From an uncultured Alphaproteobacteria bacterium (GTDB lineage Bacteria; Pseudomonadota; Alphaproteobacteria; Rhizobiales; Rhizobiaceae), in NCBI GenBank assembly GCA_963714735.1, contig CAVQPI010000012.1, forward strand, positions 295,806 through 359,805: a stretch of 64,000 nt of DNA. The letters are read 5' to 3'. The position numbers and the translations under genes were made by a program. How positions within the stretch are numbered: the stretch's first letter is position 1; each line of letters opens with the position of its first letter. Under the pieces are notes generated by a model. The model saw nothing but the letters and a program-made list of their open reading frames with translations. It was not told the origin of the DNA and did no database searches. Positions 43,763 to 54,245 of this stretch are shown piece after piece.

Positions 43763-44701
43763 TCAAGTCTGGCGAGCCGAGGAAAGAATTCGCCTCGCTG
43801 CGTACTCAACCGGCTTGTCGATCATTCGCCCATCGATCACCAGCGCTCCACGGCTACCGGCATAAACCGCTTCCATTACACGCATTGCCCAATCCAGTTG
43901 TTTTTCATCGGGCAGAAATGCCGACAAAGTGGGAGTGATTTGTCGTGGATGGATCAACAGTTTTCCGCCAAATCCGAGTTTGCGTGCGCTCGCTGCATCA
44001 ACCTTTACCCTTTCCTCATCCAGCTCCGGGGTTACGCTATCCAGGGGAGCAGCCTTGCCATTCACCCTTGAACGCCAAACAAGGGTCTGACGGGCATGGG
44101 CCAATGCTTCCCAAGCCGGTTCGGCCCCGATATCAAGCGCATAATCGAGGTGACCAAACGCAATCCTTCGGACGCCTCGCGACAACAGGATGGTGTCAAC
44201 CTGATCAAGCCCGCGGGCCGTTTCGATCTGGGGCAGTATCTCGACATTTTCACCGACTGTATCTGCCGCCGGTTCCAGTTCAGCAATGCCTTCAGCCTTT
44301 GGGATCATGATAGCACTGGCCTTTGCCCTGCCAACAAGCTCAAGATCATCCTTCCAAAATGGCGAGGTAGCCGGATTGATACGGATAACCACACGCTTCC
44401 AATCAAGATCAGCCTTCGCGATGGCGTCGCGCGCGCCACTCTTGGCCTCCGGGCGTACCGCATCCTCCAGATCCAGGATGACCCTGTCTGCACCTGATTC
44501 CATAGCCTTGGCAAATCGGTCAGGCCGGTCACCGGGAACAAAGAGATAGGTCAACGGCAACATACTGTCTGGCAAAATCATGGCATCCCACAAAAAGTAC
44601 GGCGTAGCCGCCCTCCTCCCAATTTGCGGTGCAGGGAAAACACCAAACATCGATAAGACTACCAAAGGCTCGGGGAAGGCTGTAAGAAGCATTTGGTGCA
44701 A
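43763..44701 (-). CDS. HpcH/HpaI aldolase / citrate-lyase beta-like CoA-ester lyase (citramalyl-CoA lyase Ccl-like)
   Basis: CitE-family motifs (VPGDRPDRFAKA, DLEDAV). The start is possibly internal (MILPDS). Confidence 0.75.
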   Translation of the reverse strand: MHQMLLTAFPEPLVVLSMFGVFPAPQIGRRAATPYFLWDAMILPDSMLPLTYLFVPGDRPDRFAKAMESGADRVILDLEDAVRPEAKSGARDAIAKADLDWKRVVIRINPATSPFWKDDLELVGRAKASAIMIPKAEGIAELEPAADTVGENVEILPQIETARGLDQVDTILLSRGVRRIAFGHLDYALDIGAEPAWEALAHARQTLVWRSRVNGKAAPLDSVTPELDEERVKVDAASARKLGFGGKLLIHPRQITPTLSAFLPDEKQLDWAMRVMEAVYAGSRGALVIDGRMIDKPVEYAARRILSSARQT

Positions 44702-44820
44702 GTGTCATAAGAAATAGTTCTGGCCATCGGATTGGGTGAAGCCACCTTCACAAAGCCAACAGAAAAGAGGAGCGCCTTTCTGCTGCCAGGACTTTTTGGC
44801 CCTTATGAAGGGGGAGCTAC

Positions 44821-45771
44821 ATGGATATCCGTCAACTCAGGTACTTTGTGGCTATTGCCGAGCAAGGCTCCCTTTCGGCAGCAGCACAGAGGCTACATGT
44901 TGCCCAGCCATCACTGTCTCAACATGTGATCACACTCGAGACGCAACTCGGCGTCCAGTTGCTTGAGCGCTCACCCAAAGGCGTATCGCTCACCAGTTCA
45001 GGGCAAGTTCTGTTGAGCCATGCCCGCCAGATAATCACTGCGATGGATTATGCGGTTGAGGCGGTGCGCCAATCTGGCAATGACCCACAGGGAGACGTTA
45101 CTTTCGGGCTTCCCAGCTCGATCGCAATGGTTCTCTCGGTACCACTTGCCGAAACCGTGCGGCAGGAACTTCCAAAGGTGCGGCTACGCGCCATTGATGC
45201 CATGAGTGGATTTATCAAGGCTTGGCTGGAGGATCAGTCCATCGATCTTGGGATGCTTTACGACATCAGTTCCGTCGGTCATCTGTCCCATCAGCTGCTC
45301 ATGACAGAGGAGTTGCATTTCTTTTCGGCGCCGGATGCATGGCCATTTGACAGCAAGCTTGGATCCCCGGTTCCCCTTGCTGATTTGGCCAGTGTTGAAA
45401 TGGTACTGCCATCCCCGGACCATGGCCTGCGGGCGATGATAGAAAAATCCATAAAGCCGCATGGCATAGTTCTTGACGTTGCAACGGAAATGGACGGGCT
45501 TGGGCAGATCAAGACCATGGTTGCCAGGGGGAGCGGCTATACAATCCTGGCTCCGGCTGCAGCAATTGACTATGTCGAGCGCGGTGAACTGATCATGGCG
45601 CCTATTGTCGAACCGAAGCTGGTGCGGCCCGTCTATCTTGTTCGCAACCCGGCCAAACCCACTACAAGGGCGGCCCGTGAAATGGAACGCATCACGCTCG
45701 AGGTTATTCACGATCTCATTGACCGTGGGATTTGGCAGGCACTTGAAGAGCCCGAGGGCCCAAGGCGATGA
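44821..45771 (+). CDS. LysR-family transcriptional regulator (paralogue of 24160-25104)
   Basis: HTH MDIRQLRYFVAIAEQGSLSAAAQRLHVAQPSLS. 316 aa. Confidence 0.85.
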   Translation: MDIRQLRYFVAIAEQGSLSAAAQRLHVAQPSLSQHVITLETQLGVQLLERSPKGVSLTSSGQVLLSHARQIITAMDYAVEAVRQSGNDPQGDVTFGLPSSIAMVLSVPLAETVRQELPKVRLRAIDAMSGFIKAWLEDQSIDLGMLYDISSVGHLSHQLLMTEELHFFSAPDAWPFDSKLGSPVPLADLASVEMVLPSPDHGLRAMIEKSIKPHGIVLDVATEMDGLGQIKTMVARGSGYTILAPAAAIDYVERGELIMAPIVEPKLVRPVYLVRNPAKPTTRAAREMERITLEVIHDLIDRGIWQALEEPEGPRR

Positions 45772-46055
45772 CCAGACCGACCAGTGACTACAGTCTTTCA
45801 TACGCCCAGCCTACAGCGAAAATGATTGGAAGCCATAAGTACAGCCTATCACGCTCAGATATGGTTCGTATTTGATCGGATGGCATATTAGCTTCAAGGT
45901 GCCACCGCATTTCAGGATTCAGCCAGGGAGAGGTATGCAAGCGTTGAGCATTTATACCGGTATCCGTATTCATGGCATCTGATAATTGATACTCCTTACC
46001 GGCATTGAGCTTGTTGTGGATGGAGACATCAAACCCAGGGTGAAATGAGGAAACC

Positions 46056-46658
46056 ATGCATCTCTACATCAATACCACATCACCTTTTGTGCGCCTCGTA
46101 CGTATGGCGGTCGAGGAGAAAGGCCTCACAGATCGCATAAGCACCGAGCTCGTTGACCCCTGGGGTGACCAACCACAGTTTCTCAATGCAAATCCGGCTG
46201 GCCGGATACCTGTCCTGACCACGGACGATGGACAGGAAATCGCGGAAACACATCTGATTCTGCGCTATCTTGATGAGCTTGCCCAACCCAGCCTGTTTCC
46301 AACCGAAAGGCTGGCACAAACGCTTTCCAGTGCAGGGTCCACGCTGGGAGCCCTTGAAGCAGCAGTCTCAATCATCATCGGGCGCCGATCTAGCGCAAAC
46401 ATCGATACCGACATGGTCGGCGCCAAGCGATTTCGAACCATGGCGGAAGGACTCGCCAGACTGGATGCCTGCCCCCCGCGCGATTTTGCCGAACGTCCGG
46501 ACATTGCGAATATCGCAGCAGTAACGGCGACCGACTACATCCTCTTTCGCTTCACAGACCGTGACTGGCTGGGTACTCTCCCGAACCTGCGAAATTGGCG
46601 TGAGCGCCAGAAGGGTCGTCCGAGCATCGAAAATACCATGCCTTACATCAGTCAGTGA
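46056..46658 (+). CDS. glutathione S-transferase
   Basis: 200 aa with an N-terminal thioredoxin-like GST fold (LYINTTSPFVRLVRMAVEEKGL). Confidence 0.7.
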   Translation: MHLYINTTSPFVRLVRMAVEEKGLTDRISTELVDPWGDQPQFLNANPAGRIPVLTTDDGQEIAETHLILRYLDELAQPSLFPTERLAQTLSSAGSTLGALEAAVSIIIGRRSSANIDTDMVGAKRFRTMAEGLARLDACPPRDFAERPDIANIAAVTATDYILFRFTDRDWLGTLPNLRNWRERQKGRPSIENTMPYISQ

Positions 46659-46701
46659 ATACTGGTTCAGTTCTTTAATTCTTTCAGAAAGCAGCAATCG
46701 A

Positions 46702-48162
46702 ATGAATACCACCAAAGCAATCAGCAAGTCTGCAAACGGAACCCCGCCTCAGCTCAATCACTGGATTGGTGGTGCTTCATTAGCGCCATCTGGAGGCAAA
46801 TACATCGAGACCATCAACCCGATAACCGGGACAGCGCATCTGGCTGTTGCTGCTGGCAATGAACAGGATGTTGATGCTGCGGTCGCCGCAGCCAATGGGG
46901 CAAGGCAAAAATGGAGACAGATTCCGTCAGCCGAACGCGGCAGGTTGATGCACAGCCTCGCCCGCGCCCTCAGGGACAATAATGACAGGCTGGCCGAACT
47001 TGAACACGCCGATACCGGCAAGCCAATGGCACTCGCACTGGCCGAGGTCGAGGGGAGCGCAGTATATTTCGAATTTTATGGCAGCCTGGTTTACCTGCCA
47101 ACAGGCGATACGCTTGACGTGGCGCCTGACCAGCATGTCTTCACCAAGCGCGAACCCTATGGCGTAATTGGTATCATTACCCCATGGAATCTGCCGCTCA
47201 ACCAGGCGGCCCGGGCAATCGCGCCCGCGCTGGTGGCGGGCAATGTGGTTGTGGCAAAACCTTCCGAAATCACTTCGCAAACGACGGTAGAACTTGCCAA
47301 ACTCGCAGAGACGGTAGGCTTTCCCAACGGCGTCATAAATGTTGTGCTAGGCACTGGCGCCGAAGTTGGTGAAGCCATCGTCCGCCATCAAGACATACGC
47401 AAGGTCGCCTTTACAGGTTCTGTTGGAGTCGGGAGAAAGATTGGAGCGATCGCAGCTGAGCGTATCATCCCCTTGACGCTTGAACTGGGCGGTAAATCGG
47501 CAAATATCGTTTTCGATGACGCTGATCTGGATACAGCCGCAGCTGAGGCGGTAAAGGGTTTTTCGCTTAATGCTGGCCAGGTTTGCTCGGCCGGCACCAG
47601 GCTTCTTGTTCAACGTTCAGTATACTCTGAATTCCTGGAAAAGCTTGCTGCAGAGACGGCAAAAATCGTTCCAGGCGAAAATCTAGGACCAATCATAACC
47701 CATGCCCAGTATCAACGGGTTCAAAGCTATTTTGGGGTCGCTGAGACGGATGGCGCCAGATTGCTGACCGGTGGAAAGACGGCACTCATCGACGGAGCCG
47801 AAGACGGATTCTATATTGAACCTACCATCTATGTTGATGTCGACAACAGCATGCGAATTGCACAGGAGGAGATATTTGGGCCGGTTGGAGTGGTGATCCC
47901 CTTCGACACAGAGGAAGACGCCATACGGATCGCAAATGAATCAGACTACGGCTTGATTGGTACACTCTGGAGCCGCGACATAAGCCGCGCATTTCGTGTT
48001 GCAGACCGGATCGAGGCCGGGCAGATCTTCATCAATGTGTGGAACACCATGTCTGTGCAGACGCCTTTCGGCGGATACAAGAACAGCGGCTATGGACGCG
48101 AGAAGGGAATAGAGGCGATCCACCATTACTCGCATCTCAAAACAATAACCGTGAAGATCTGA
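46702..48162 (+). CDS. NAD(P)-dependent aldehyde dehydrogenase
   Basis: ALDH catalytic motifs ELGGKSA and GQVCSAGTR. The preferred start is MNTTKAISK. Confidence 0.85.
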   Translation: MNTTKAISKSANGTPPQLNHWIGGASLAPSGGKYIETINPITGTAHLAVAAGNEQDVDAAVAAANGARQKWRQIPSAERGRLMHSLARALRDNNDRLAELEHADTGKPMALALAEVEGSAVYFEFYGSLVYLPTGDTLDVAPDQHVFTKREPYGVIGIITPWNLPLNQAARAIAPALVAGNVVVAKPSEITSQTTVELAKLAETVGFPNGVINVVLGTGAEVGEAIVRHQDIRKVAFTGSVGVGRKIGAIAAERIIPLTLELGGKSANIVFDDADLDTAAAEAVKGFSLNAGQVCSAGTRLLVQRSVYSEFLEKLAAETAKIVPGENLGPIITHAQYQRVQSYFGVAETDGARLLTGGKTALIDGAEDGFYIEPTIYVDVDNSMRIAQEEIFGPVGVVIPFDTEEDAIRIANESDYGLIGTLWSRDISRAFRVADRIEAGQIFINVWNTMSVQTPFGGYKNSGYGREKGIEAIHHYSHLKTITVKI

Positions 48163-48371
48163 CGTCGAGCTTCAGGTCGCTAAAATCTTCCTGTTGCGAC
48201 TAGTCCCCCAACAACTTGACGTTCCAAGCCTATTTAAGGGGCAGTATCCACATTCGTATGCGTAGGATTATCCACAACATATGCATTTTGGAGCAATTGT
48301 GGGGCAATGTGTGGGGCAGTGAAGCCCGCCAAAGAGTAAGCTTCCAAATTACGATACAAATTTGGCCAAAG

Positions 48372-48461
48372 TGGCGGAGGGGGTGGGATTCGAACCCACG
48401 GTACGCTTGCACGCACGCCGGTTTTCAAGACCGGTGCATTCAACCACTCTGCCACCCCTCC
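48372..48461 (-). tRNA. tRNA-Ser (anticodon TGA)
   Basis: Manual fold GGAGGGG/CCCTCCG acceptor, anticodon stem CCGGT-cTTGAaa-ACCGG, a long variable arm, and a GGTTCGAATCC T-arm. Confidence 0.8.
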
Positions 48462-48551
48462 GGATGCCATAGACCTCAGGGCAGTTTACCTGCGGCCCGG
48501 TTGATTGCAGCCTAATGCGATATTCAGCAAGGTTTTTCAAGAAGAAAGCGC

Positions 48552-48590
48552 ACAAAAAAACAAAAAGGCCGGAATTAAATTCCGGCCTTC
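48552..48590 (-). terminator. Rho-independent terminator after the BMP binding-protein gene (perfect 10-bp stem AAGGCCGGAA/TTCCGGCCTT followed by a T-run on the minus strand)
   Basis: Seen directly as a palindrome flanked by A/T runs. Confidence 0.65.
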
Positions 48591-48610
48591 TGCAAAGTGG
48601 GTAGATATGC

Positions 48611-49691
48611 TTACTGCGGCAGCTGATCGTCAACGCCCTGAACGTAGAAGTTCATGCCAAGCAAGGTGCCGTCATCGGCAACTTCACCCTCGGCCAGCCA
48701 GTCGGAACCGTCCTGTTTTTTGACCGGGCCAGTGAAGGGGTGGAATTCACCCTTCCTGATCTTTTCTTCTGTTTCCGCTGCCATGGCCGCTACATCATCC
48801 GGCATGTTGGTGTAAGGGGCCATTTCGACTTCACCCTCGGGAATGCCGGCCCAGACATCAACCTGCTCCCAGGTGTCGTCCATGACGGCCTTGACGCGCT
48901 TGACGTAGTAAGGAGCCCAGTTGTCGACAATTGAGGTCAACTGTGTTTTTTCACCAAACTTGATCATGTCGGAAGCCTGACCAAAAGCCATGATGCCACG
49001 CTCGGCGGCAACCTGCATCGGACCGGTCGAGTCTGTATGCTGGGTTATGATATCTGCGCCCTGGTCAATCAGTGCCTTGGCCGCGTCTGACTTCCTTGCC
49101 CGGGTCAAACCAGGTGTTGGCCCATACGACTTTCAGCTTGAAGTCCGGATTCACAGATTGGGCGCCAAGAATGAAAGAATTGATCCCCATCACCACTTCG
49201 GGGATCGGGAAGGAGGCAATGTAACCGGCGACGCCAGCTTTCGACATTTTCGCGGCAATCTGGCCCTGAATGTAGCGGCCTTCATAGAAGCGCGCATTGT
49301 AGGTAGCGACATTGGCATGTTCGCGCTTGTAGCCGGTGGCGTGCTCGAATTTCACGTCTGGAAACTTGCCTGCAACCTTGTTCGTCGCATCCATGTAGCC
49401 AAAAGAGGTTGTGAAGATGATGTTGCAGCCTGAACGGGCAAAACGCTCAATGGCGCGTTCGGCATCAGCGCCTTCCGGAACGCTTTCCAGATAGGCTGTC
49501 TCGACCTTGTCACCAAACGCTTCTTCCACTGCGAGAAGCCCCTGATGATGCTGATAGGACCAGCCGAAATCACCGATCGGTCCTACGTAGATAAAGCAGG
49601 CTTTTGTCTTGCCGTGGCTTGCTGCCATGGCGCTGGCGGTTCCGGCAAGCGCGATACCGACAGCCGCCACAATACCCAGTACTTTTTTCAT
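48611..49691 (-). CDS. BMP-family (PnrA/Med-like) ABC transporter substrate-binding lipoprotein, split by an apparent frameshift near 49065-49108
   Basis: Signal peptide MKKVLGIVAAVGIALAGTASA. BMP-fold N- and C-terminal halves in two overlapping ORFs. Confidence 0.7.
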
Positions 49692-49748
49692 GAGTGTTTA
49701 TCCCTGTTTGTGACAGTATGGTTTTTCAGGTTCCAAAAGCGGCCTGTC

Positions 49749-50687
49749 TTACCGGTCCGGAACGAAACTCTGACCAAGTGTGGCTGGTGTGTTGATCAAC
49801 GTCAATCGCCTGTTGCGTGAAATCAGCACCAGAACCACAATTGTCGCAATATATGGCAAGGAGGAAAGGAACTGGGAAGGTATCGCGACCCCCAGCGCCT
49901 GGGCGTGCAGCTGGGCAATGCCGACGGCTCCAAACAGATAGGCCCCCGCAAGAACCCTTGCGGGCCGCCAGGACGCAAACACGACCAGTGCCAGTGCAAT
50001 CCACCCCCTGCCCGCAGACATGTTCTCCACCCATTGGGGCGTGTACACGAGGGACAGGTGCGCTCCGGCAAGCCCCGAGCATGCACCGCCAAACATTACG
50101 GCCATATAGCGGACCGCAATCACATTGATTCCCAGCGAATGGGCTGAATGGTGGTTATCACCAACACTTCGAAGGGTCAGGCCGGCGCGGGTTCTGAAGA
50201 GGAACCACGATACCCCAACCACCAGCGCTATGGAGATGTAGAAAAGAATGTCCTGACCGAAGAGTAGCTTGCCGACCAATGGCAGATCAGACAGGAGCGG
50301 TATTTCGATGGGTTGAAGCTTGATGCCCGGAATACCAATAAATCTCTCGCCCCAAAGACCGGAAAGGCCGAGGCCCAAAATGGTAAGTGCGAGGCCGGTT
50401 GCCACCTGGTTTGCCACCAGCGTCAACACGAGAAACCCGAACAAAAGCGAGAAAAGAGCTCCGACTACGGCTCCGGCCACTGCGCCAATATAGGGATTTC
50501 CCGTCATCTGGGCGAAGGCGAAACCGCCAATTGCGCCCATGATCATCATGCCCTCCACGCCAAGATTGAGAACACCCGAGCGCTCGGTAACCAATTCACC
50601 AATAGCTGCCAGCAGCAAGGGCGTTGCGGCAGTAAAGATCGTCAGGAGGATAGCCTCGGTCATATCCATCGCGTCATACTCCCTCAC
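49749..50687 (-). CDS. ABC transporter permease (BMP/nucleoside system)
   Basis: 312 aa polytopic permease. Overlaps the next permease. Confidence 0.7.
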   Translation of the reverse strand: MREYDAMDMTEAILLTIFTAATPLLLAAIGELVTERSGVLNLGVEGMMIMGAIGGFAFAQMTGNPYIGAVAGAVVGALFSLLFGFLVLTLVANQVATGLALTILGLGLSGLWGERFIGIPGIKLQPIEIPLLSDLPLVGKLLFGQDILFYISIALVVGVSWFLFRTRAGLTLRSVGDNHHSAHSLGINVIAVRYMAVMFGGACSGLAGAHLSLVYTPQWVENMSAGRGWIALALVVFASWRPARVLAGAYLFGAVGIAQLHAQALGVAIPSQFLSSLPYIATIVVLVLISRNRRLTLINTPATLGQSFVPDR

Positions 50688-51795
50688 CCGCTGTTTGGGC
50701 CGTGGCCTTGTTTCGCCATCCCAGTTTGATGCGGTAGCTGATCAAGGTGTCACACGATAGGACATAAAACAGCACCAGCCCCTGAAACACCCTGCCAAGC
50801 TTGTCGGATATACCGTGCGCGATCTGTGCCTCCTCGCTTCCAAGGTACGTCAGGGCAAGGATGAGACCGGCCAGCAGGATGCCGAGCGGATTGAGCCTGC
50901 CCAGAAACGCCACGATAATCGCCGTGAACCCGTAACCGGGTGAGATGACCGGGCGAAGCTGCTGGATCGCCCCGGCAACTTCCGAAATGCCGGCAAGGCC
51001 AGCAAGTGCGCCTGAAAACAGGAAGGCGAAAATGGTCATTTGTTTCGTGTTGAAACCGGCAAATGCCCCTGCCCTTGGTGCCTGGCCGATCACCTTTATT
51101 TCAAATCCCTTCATGGTTCTTGTCAGCATGTACCATGTTACAAGAACCGCAATAACGGCAAAAAACGCACCATAATGGGTTCGTCCCGACGCCAGCATCT
51201 CTGGCAGTATCTGACCTTCGGTGAAGTTCCGTGATTCAGGAAAATTGAAACCACCCGGGTTCCGCCATGGACCGCGGACGAGCCAATCAAGCAGGAGTTG
51301 TGCGACATAAACCAGCATCAGGCTGGTCAGGATTTCATTGGCGCCGAAACGGGTCTTCAAAATGGCGGGAATAAACGCGTAGAGAGCACCGCCAATCATG
51401 GCCATCGTCAGCATTGCAGGCAGCACCCATATGCCGCTTGCCTCCGGCGCCAATATGGGCAGCATGGAACCGAAAATGCCCCCTGCTATAAACTGCCCCT
51501 CGGCCCCGATATTCCAGTTTGTTGATCGAAAGCAGACGGAAAGCCCGACAGCGATCAGGATGATCGGAGCCGCCTTGATCGCCAGTTCGTGCAATGACCA
51601 GGTTTCGGTCAACGGCTTGATGAAAAAGGAATAGAGGCCTTCACCCGGCGAAACACCGACAAACCAGAAAATGAGTGCCCCGGTCAGCATGGTAAGGGCC
51701 AGGGCTATCACTGGCGAGAAAAACGCCAGAAGACGAGAAGGGTTTTGGCGGCGGACCAGCTCAATGCGCATGGGAAGCCTCCACTGCCGCGACAA
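50674..51795 (-). CDS. ABC transporter permease (BMP/nucleoside system)
   Basis: 373 aa polytopic permease. Confidence 0.7.
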   Translation of the reverse strand: MSRQWRLPMRIELVRRQNPSRLLAFFSPVIALALTMLTGALIFWFVGVSPGEGLYSFFIKPLTETWSLHELAIKAAPIILIAVGLSVCFRSTNWNIGAEGQFIAGGIFGSMLPILAPEASGIWVLPAMLTMAMIGGALYAFIPAILKTRFGANEILTSLMLVYVAQLLLDWLVRGPWRNPGGFNFPESRNFTEGQILPEMLASGRTHYGAFFAVIAVLVTWYMLTRTMKGFEIKVIGQAPRAGAFAGFNTKQMTIFAFLFSGALAGLAGISEVAGAIQQLRPVISPGYGFTAIIVAFLGRLNPLGILLAGLILALTYLGSEEAQIAHGISDKLGRVFQGLVLFYVLSCDTLISYRIKLGWRNKATAQTAGEGV

Positions 51796-53326
51796 TTTCA
51801 GGATCGGTTGGCGCTTCGGGATGTTCGCCGCCCATCAGAAGGCCGATTTCTTCCCGTGTTACCTCGCTTGCAGGACCGGCTTCAAACATCTGTCCGTTAT
51901 GCATGACGAGGATGCGGTCTGATATTTCGAATATTTCATCCAGATCCTGGGAAACCACCAGAACGGCCGAACCGCTTTTGGCCAAATCGATCAATGCCTG
52001 GCGGATGCGCTGTGCAGCACCGGCATCAACACCCCAGGTCGGTTGATTGACAATAATCACGGACGGCTGGCGATCGAGTTCGCGGCCCATGATGTATTTT
52101 TGCAGATTGCCGCCGGAAAGCGCAGAGGCTACTGGGTTCTCAGACGACTTGCGGACATCCATGGCCTCGCAAACCCGCTTGGTTGCCTGCTCCACGAGGT
52201 CTGCACGGATCACACCAAGGGCGCCGAACCTTTGAAAGGCGGCGCGATCCGATCCGTGACGCGCCAGCAACATGTTGTCGGTAAGGGTAAGACCCGGAAC
52301 GGCACCATGTCCGAGCCGTTCTTCCGGAACAAAGGCGGCTCCCAGTTTGCGCCGCGCATTGATACCAAGGCGCCCGACCGGCATTGCACGCATCCAGATC
52401 GCGTCCCCTGTTGACAATACCTCGCCTGAAAGAAGTGAAAACAGTTCACTCTGTCCGTTTCCGGCAACCCCGGCAATTCCGACTACCTCGCCTGCCTTCA
52501 CTTCGAAACGGATATCCTTCAGCGAAATGGCAAAGGGCGAAGATGCCGGCAAGGAAGCATTTCTGACTTCGAGCAGGCTCTCGGCAGTTTCCGGCAATTC
52601 GGTTTGGGTGCGCCTGATAACATCCACGTCCGCCCCCACCATCATGCTGGCGAGGCTGGCGGCGGTTTCAAGGCGCGGATCACACTCGGAAATCAGCTTG
52701 CCGTGGCGCAGGACCGTCGCCCGATCACAAAGTGCCTTCACTTCCTCAAGGCGGTGCGAAATGTAAAGGATTGAGCGCCCTTCATCACGCAACCTGCGAA
52801 GGGTGACAAACAGGTTATCAGCTTCCTGTGGCGTCAGGACAGAGGTCGGTTCATCAAGTATGATCAGCTTGGGGTCCTGTAAGAGGCAGCGGACGATCTC
52901 CACACGCTGGCGCTCCCCGACAGACAGATCGCCGATAATGGAATCCGCCTTTAGTGGCAGTCCATAATCTTCCGAGAGCCGTTCGGCATCCCTTGCAACA
53001 TTCGCGGAGGTATATTCGGGCCCGAGCGACAAGACGATGTTATCGGCGACAGTGAGAGATTCGAAAAGTGAGAAGTGCTGAAACACCATGCCGATGCCAA
53101 TCGCCCTTGCAGCGGACGGGCTGGCTATATCGATCTTGCGGCCCTGCCAATGGATTTCACCGGAATTGGGTTGAAGCGATCCATACAGCATTTTCACGAG
53201 GGTGGATTTACCCGCGCCGTTTTCTCCGAGAAGCGCATGAATCTCGCCGGCTTCGATTTTCAGGTCGAGATGGTCATTGGCGACCAACTCACCAAAAATC
53301 TTGGTCAGGCCGCGCACTTCAAGCAT
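51761..53326 (-). CDS. ABC transporter ATP-binding protein with duplicated NBDs
   Basis: Walker A GENGAGKST and a second NBD. The preferred start is MLEVRGLTKIFG. Confidence 0.8.
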   Translation of the reverse strand: MLEVRGLTKIFGELVANDHLDLKIEAGEIHALLGENGAGKSTLVKMLYGSLQPNSGEIHWQGRKIDIASPSAARAIGIGMVFQHFSLFESLTVADNIVLSLGPEYTSANVARDAERLSEDYGLPLKADSIIGDLSVGERQRVEIVRCLLQDPKLIILDEPTSVLTPQEADNLFVTLRRLRDEGRSILYISHRLEEVKALCDRATVLRHGKLISECDPRLETAASLASMMVGADVDVIRRTQTELPETAESLLEVRNASLPASSPFAISLKDIRFEVKAGEVVGIAGVAGNGQSELFSLLSGEVLSTGDAIWMRAMPVGRLGINARRKLGAAFVPEERLGHGAVPGLTLTDNMLLARHGSDRAAFQRFGALGVIRADLVEQATKRVCEAMDVRKSSENPVASALSGGNLQKYIMGRELDRQPSVIIVNQPTWGVDAGAAQRIRQALIDLAKSGSAVLVVSQDLDEIFEISDRILVMHNGQMFEAGPASEVTREEIGLLMGGEHPEAPTDPEIVAAVEASHAH

Positions 53327-53575
53327 GCTGTGTTCCTGCTCGTCGGACACACTGTTCCCCAGGCTTGTTTTTCCTTCTTGCAATACCCAATCAGAAATCA
53401 ACTTTACCTGTTTGTCCAGTGCCTTTGTCCGGCACCTGAAACGGAACAGAGTTTTCCCCCACTGTCTTTCCCAAGCCGAAACAAAAAAACGCTGCCCGGC
53501 TTTTCCGGACAGCGCCTATAGTACTTTTGTCAGATGAATAACGATTGAGGATTCAAACTGACGATATAGCGGCCG

Positions 53576-53851
53576 TTAGTTATTCACCGCATCCTTCAGC
53601 GCCTTGCCTGGCTTGAAGCGTGGAGCCTTGGACGCAGGAACCTGAATGGTTGCGCCGGTCTGCGGGTTGCGTGCAGTGCTGGCCTTGCGGTTTGCGACCA
53701 CAAAATTGCCAAAACCAATCAGGCGAACCTCTTCGCCGCTACTGAGCGCACCTGTGATCCCACCGAGCACCGCATCAAGTGCTTCAGCAGCTTGGGCTTT
53801 GGTAAGGTCAGCCTTCTCTGCGACGGAAGCAATCAGCTCGTTCTTGTTCAT
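53576..53851 (-). CDS. hupB: HU-family DNA-binding protein
   Basis: 91 aa with the classic HU sequence (MNKNELI...GFGNF...RNPQTG). Confidence 0.9.
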   Translation of the reverse strand: MNKNELIASVAEKADLTKAQAAEALDAVLGGITGALSSGEEVRLIGFGNFVVANRKASTARNPQTGATIQVPASKAPRFKPGKALKDAVNN

Positions 53852-54245
53852 TTCCAGTTCCTTTCAGGTCAACCTTTACAGGTCGTTGTGTTTACCGGCC
53901 CAAATTCGCACTTTTGTCAGCATCACGACAACTGAAAAGGGAGTTTTCAGCCGTTTTAAGCCCAATTCGGAGCATTTTTCCGATTTGTCAATGGCGATAT
54001 GAGCCCTCTGGCGAACTGAATTACAGTTTCGGCAAGGAAATTTCACGAATCGTGCAAACCCTTGTGCAGCAAGGATTCGCGGGTGATTCTCACGGGAATC
54101 ATAGAACGCATCTCACTGTCCCAGAGCAAATTCCTGAAGTCTGGGGAACTATGGCGCGAAATGTCGTACGGCGCATGAAAAAACGGGGCCAAATGACCCC
54201 GTTTCTCAATGTCTTCAAATTCCCACCTCACTGGCGGGGCGGAAC

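Noticed and set aside
46702-48162. Aldehyde dehydrogenase as the missing boxD
   Set aside because: It shows generic ALDH motifs only and lies 26 kb from boxC in an unrelated context (GST, tRNA). Without a homology search it cannot be assigned as BoxD.
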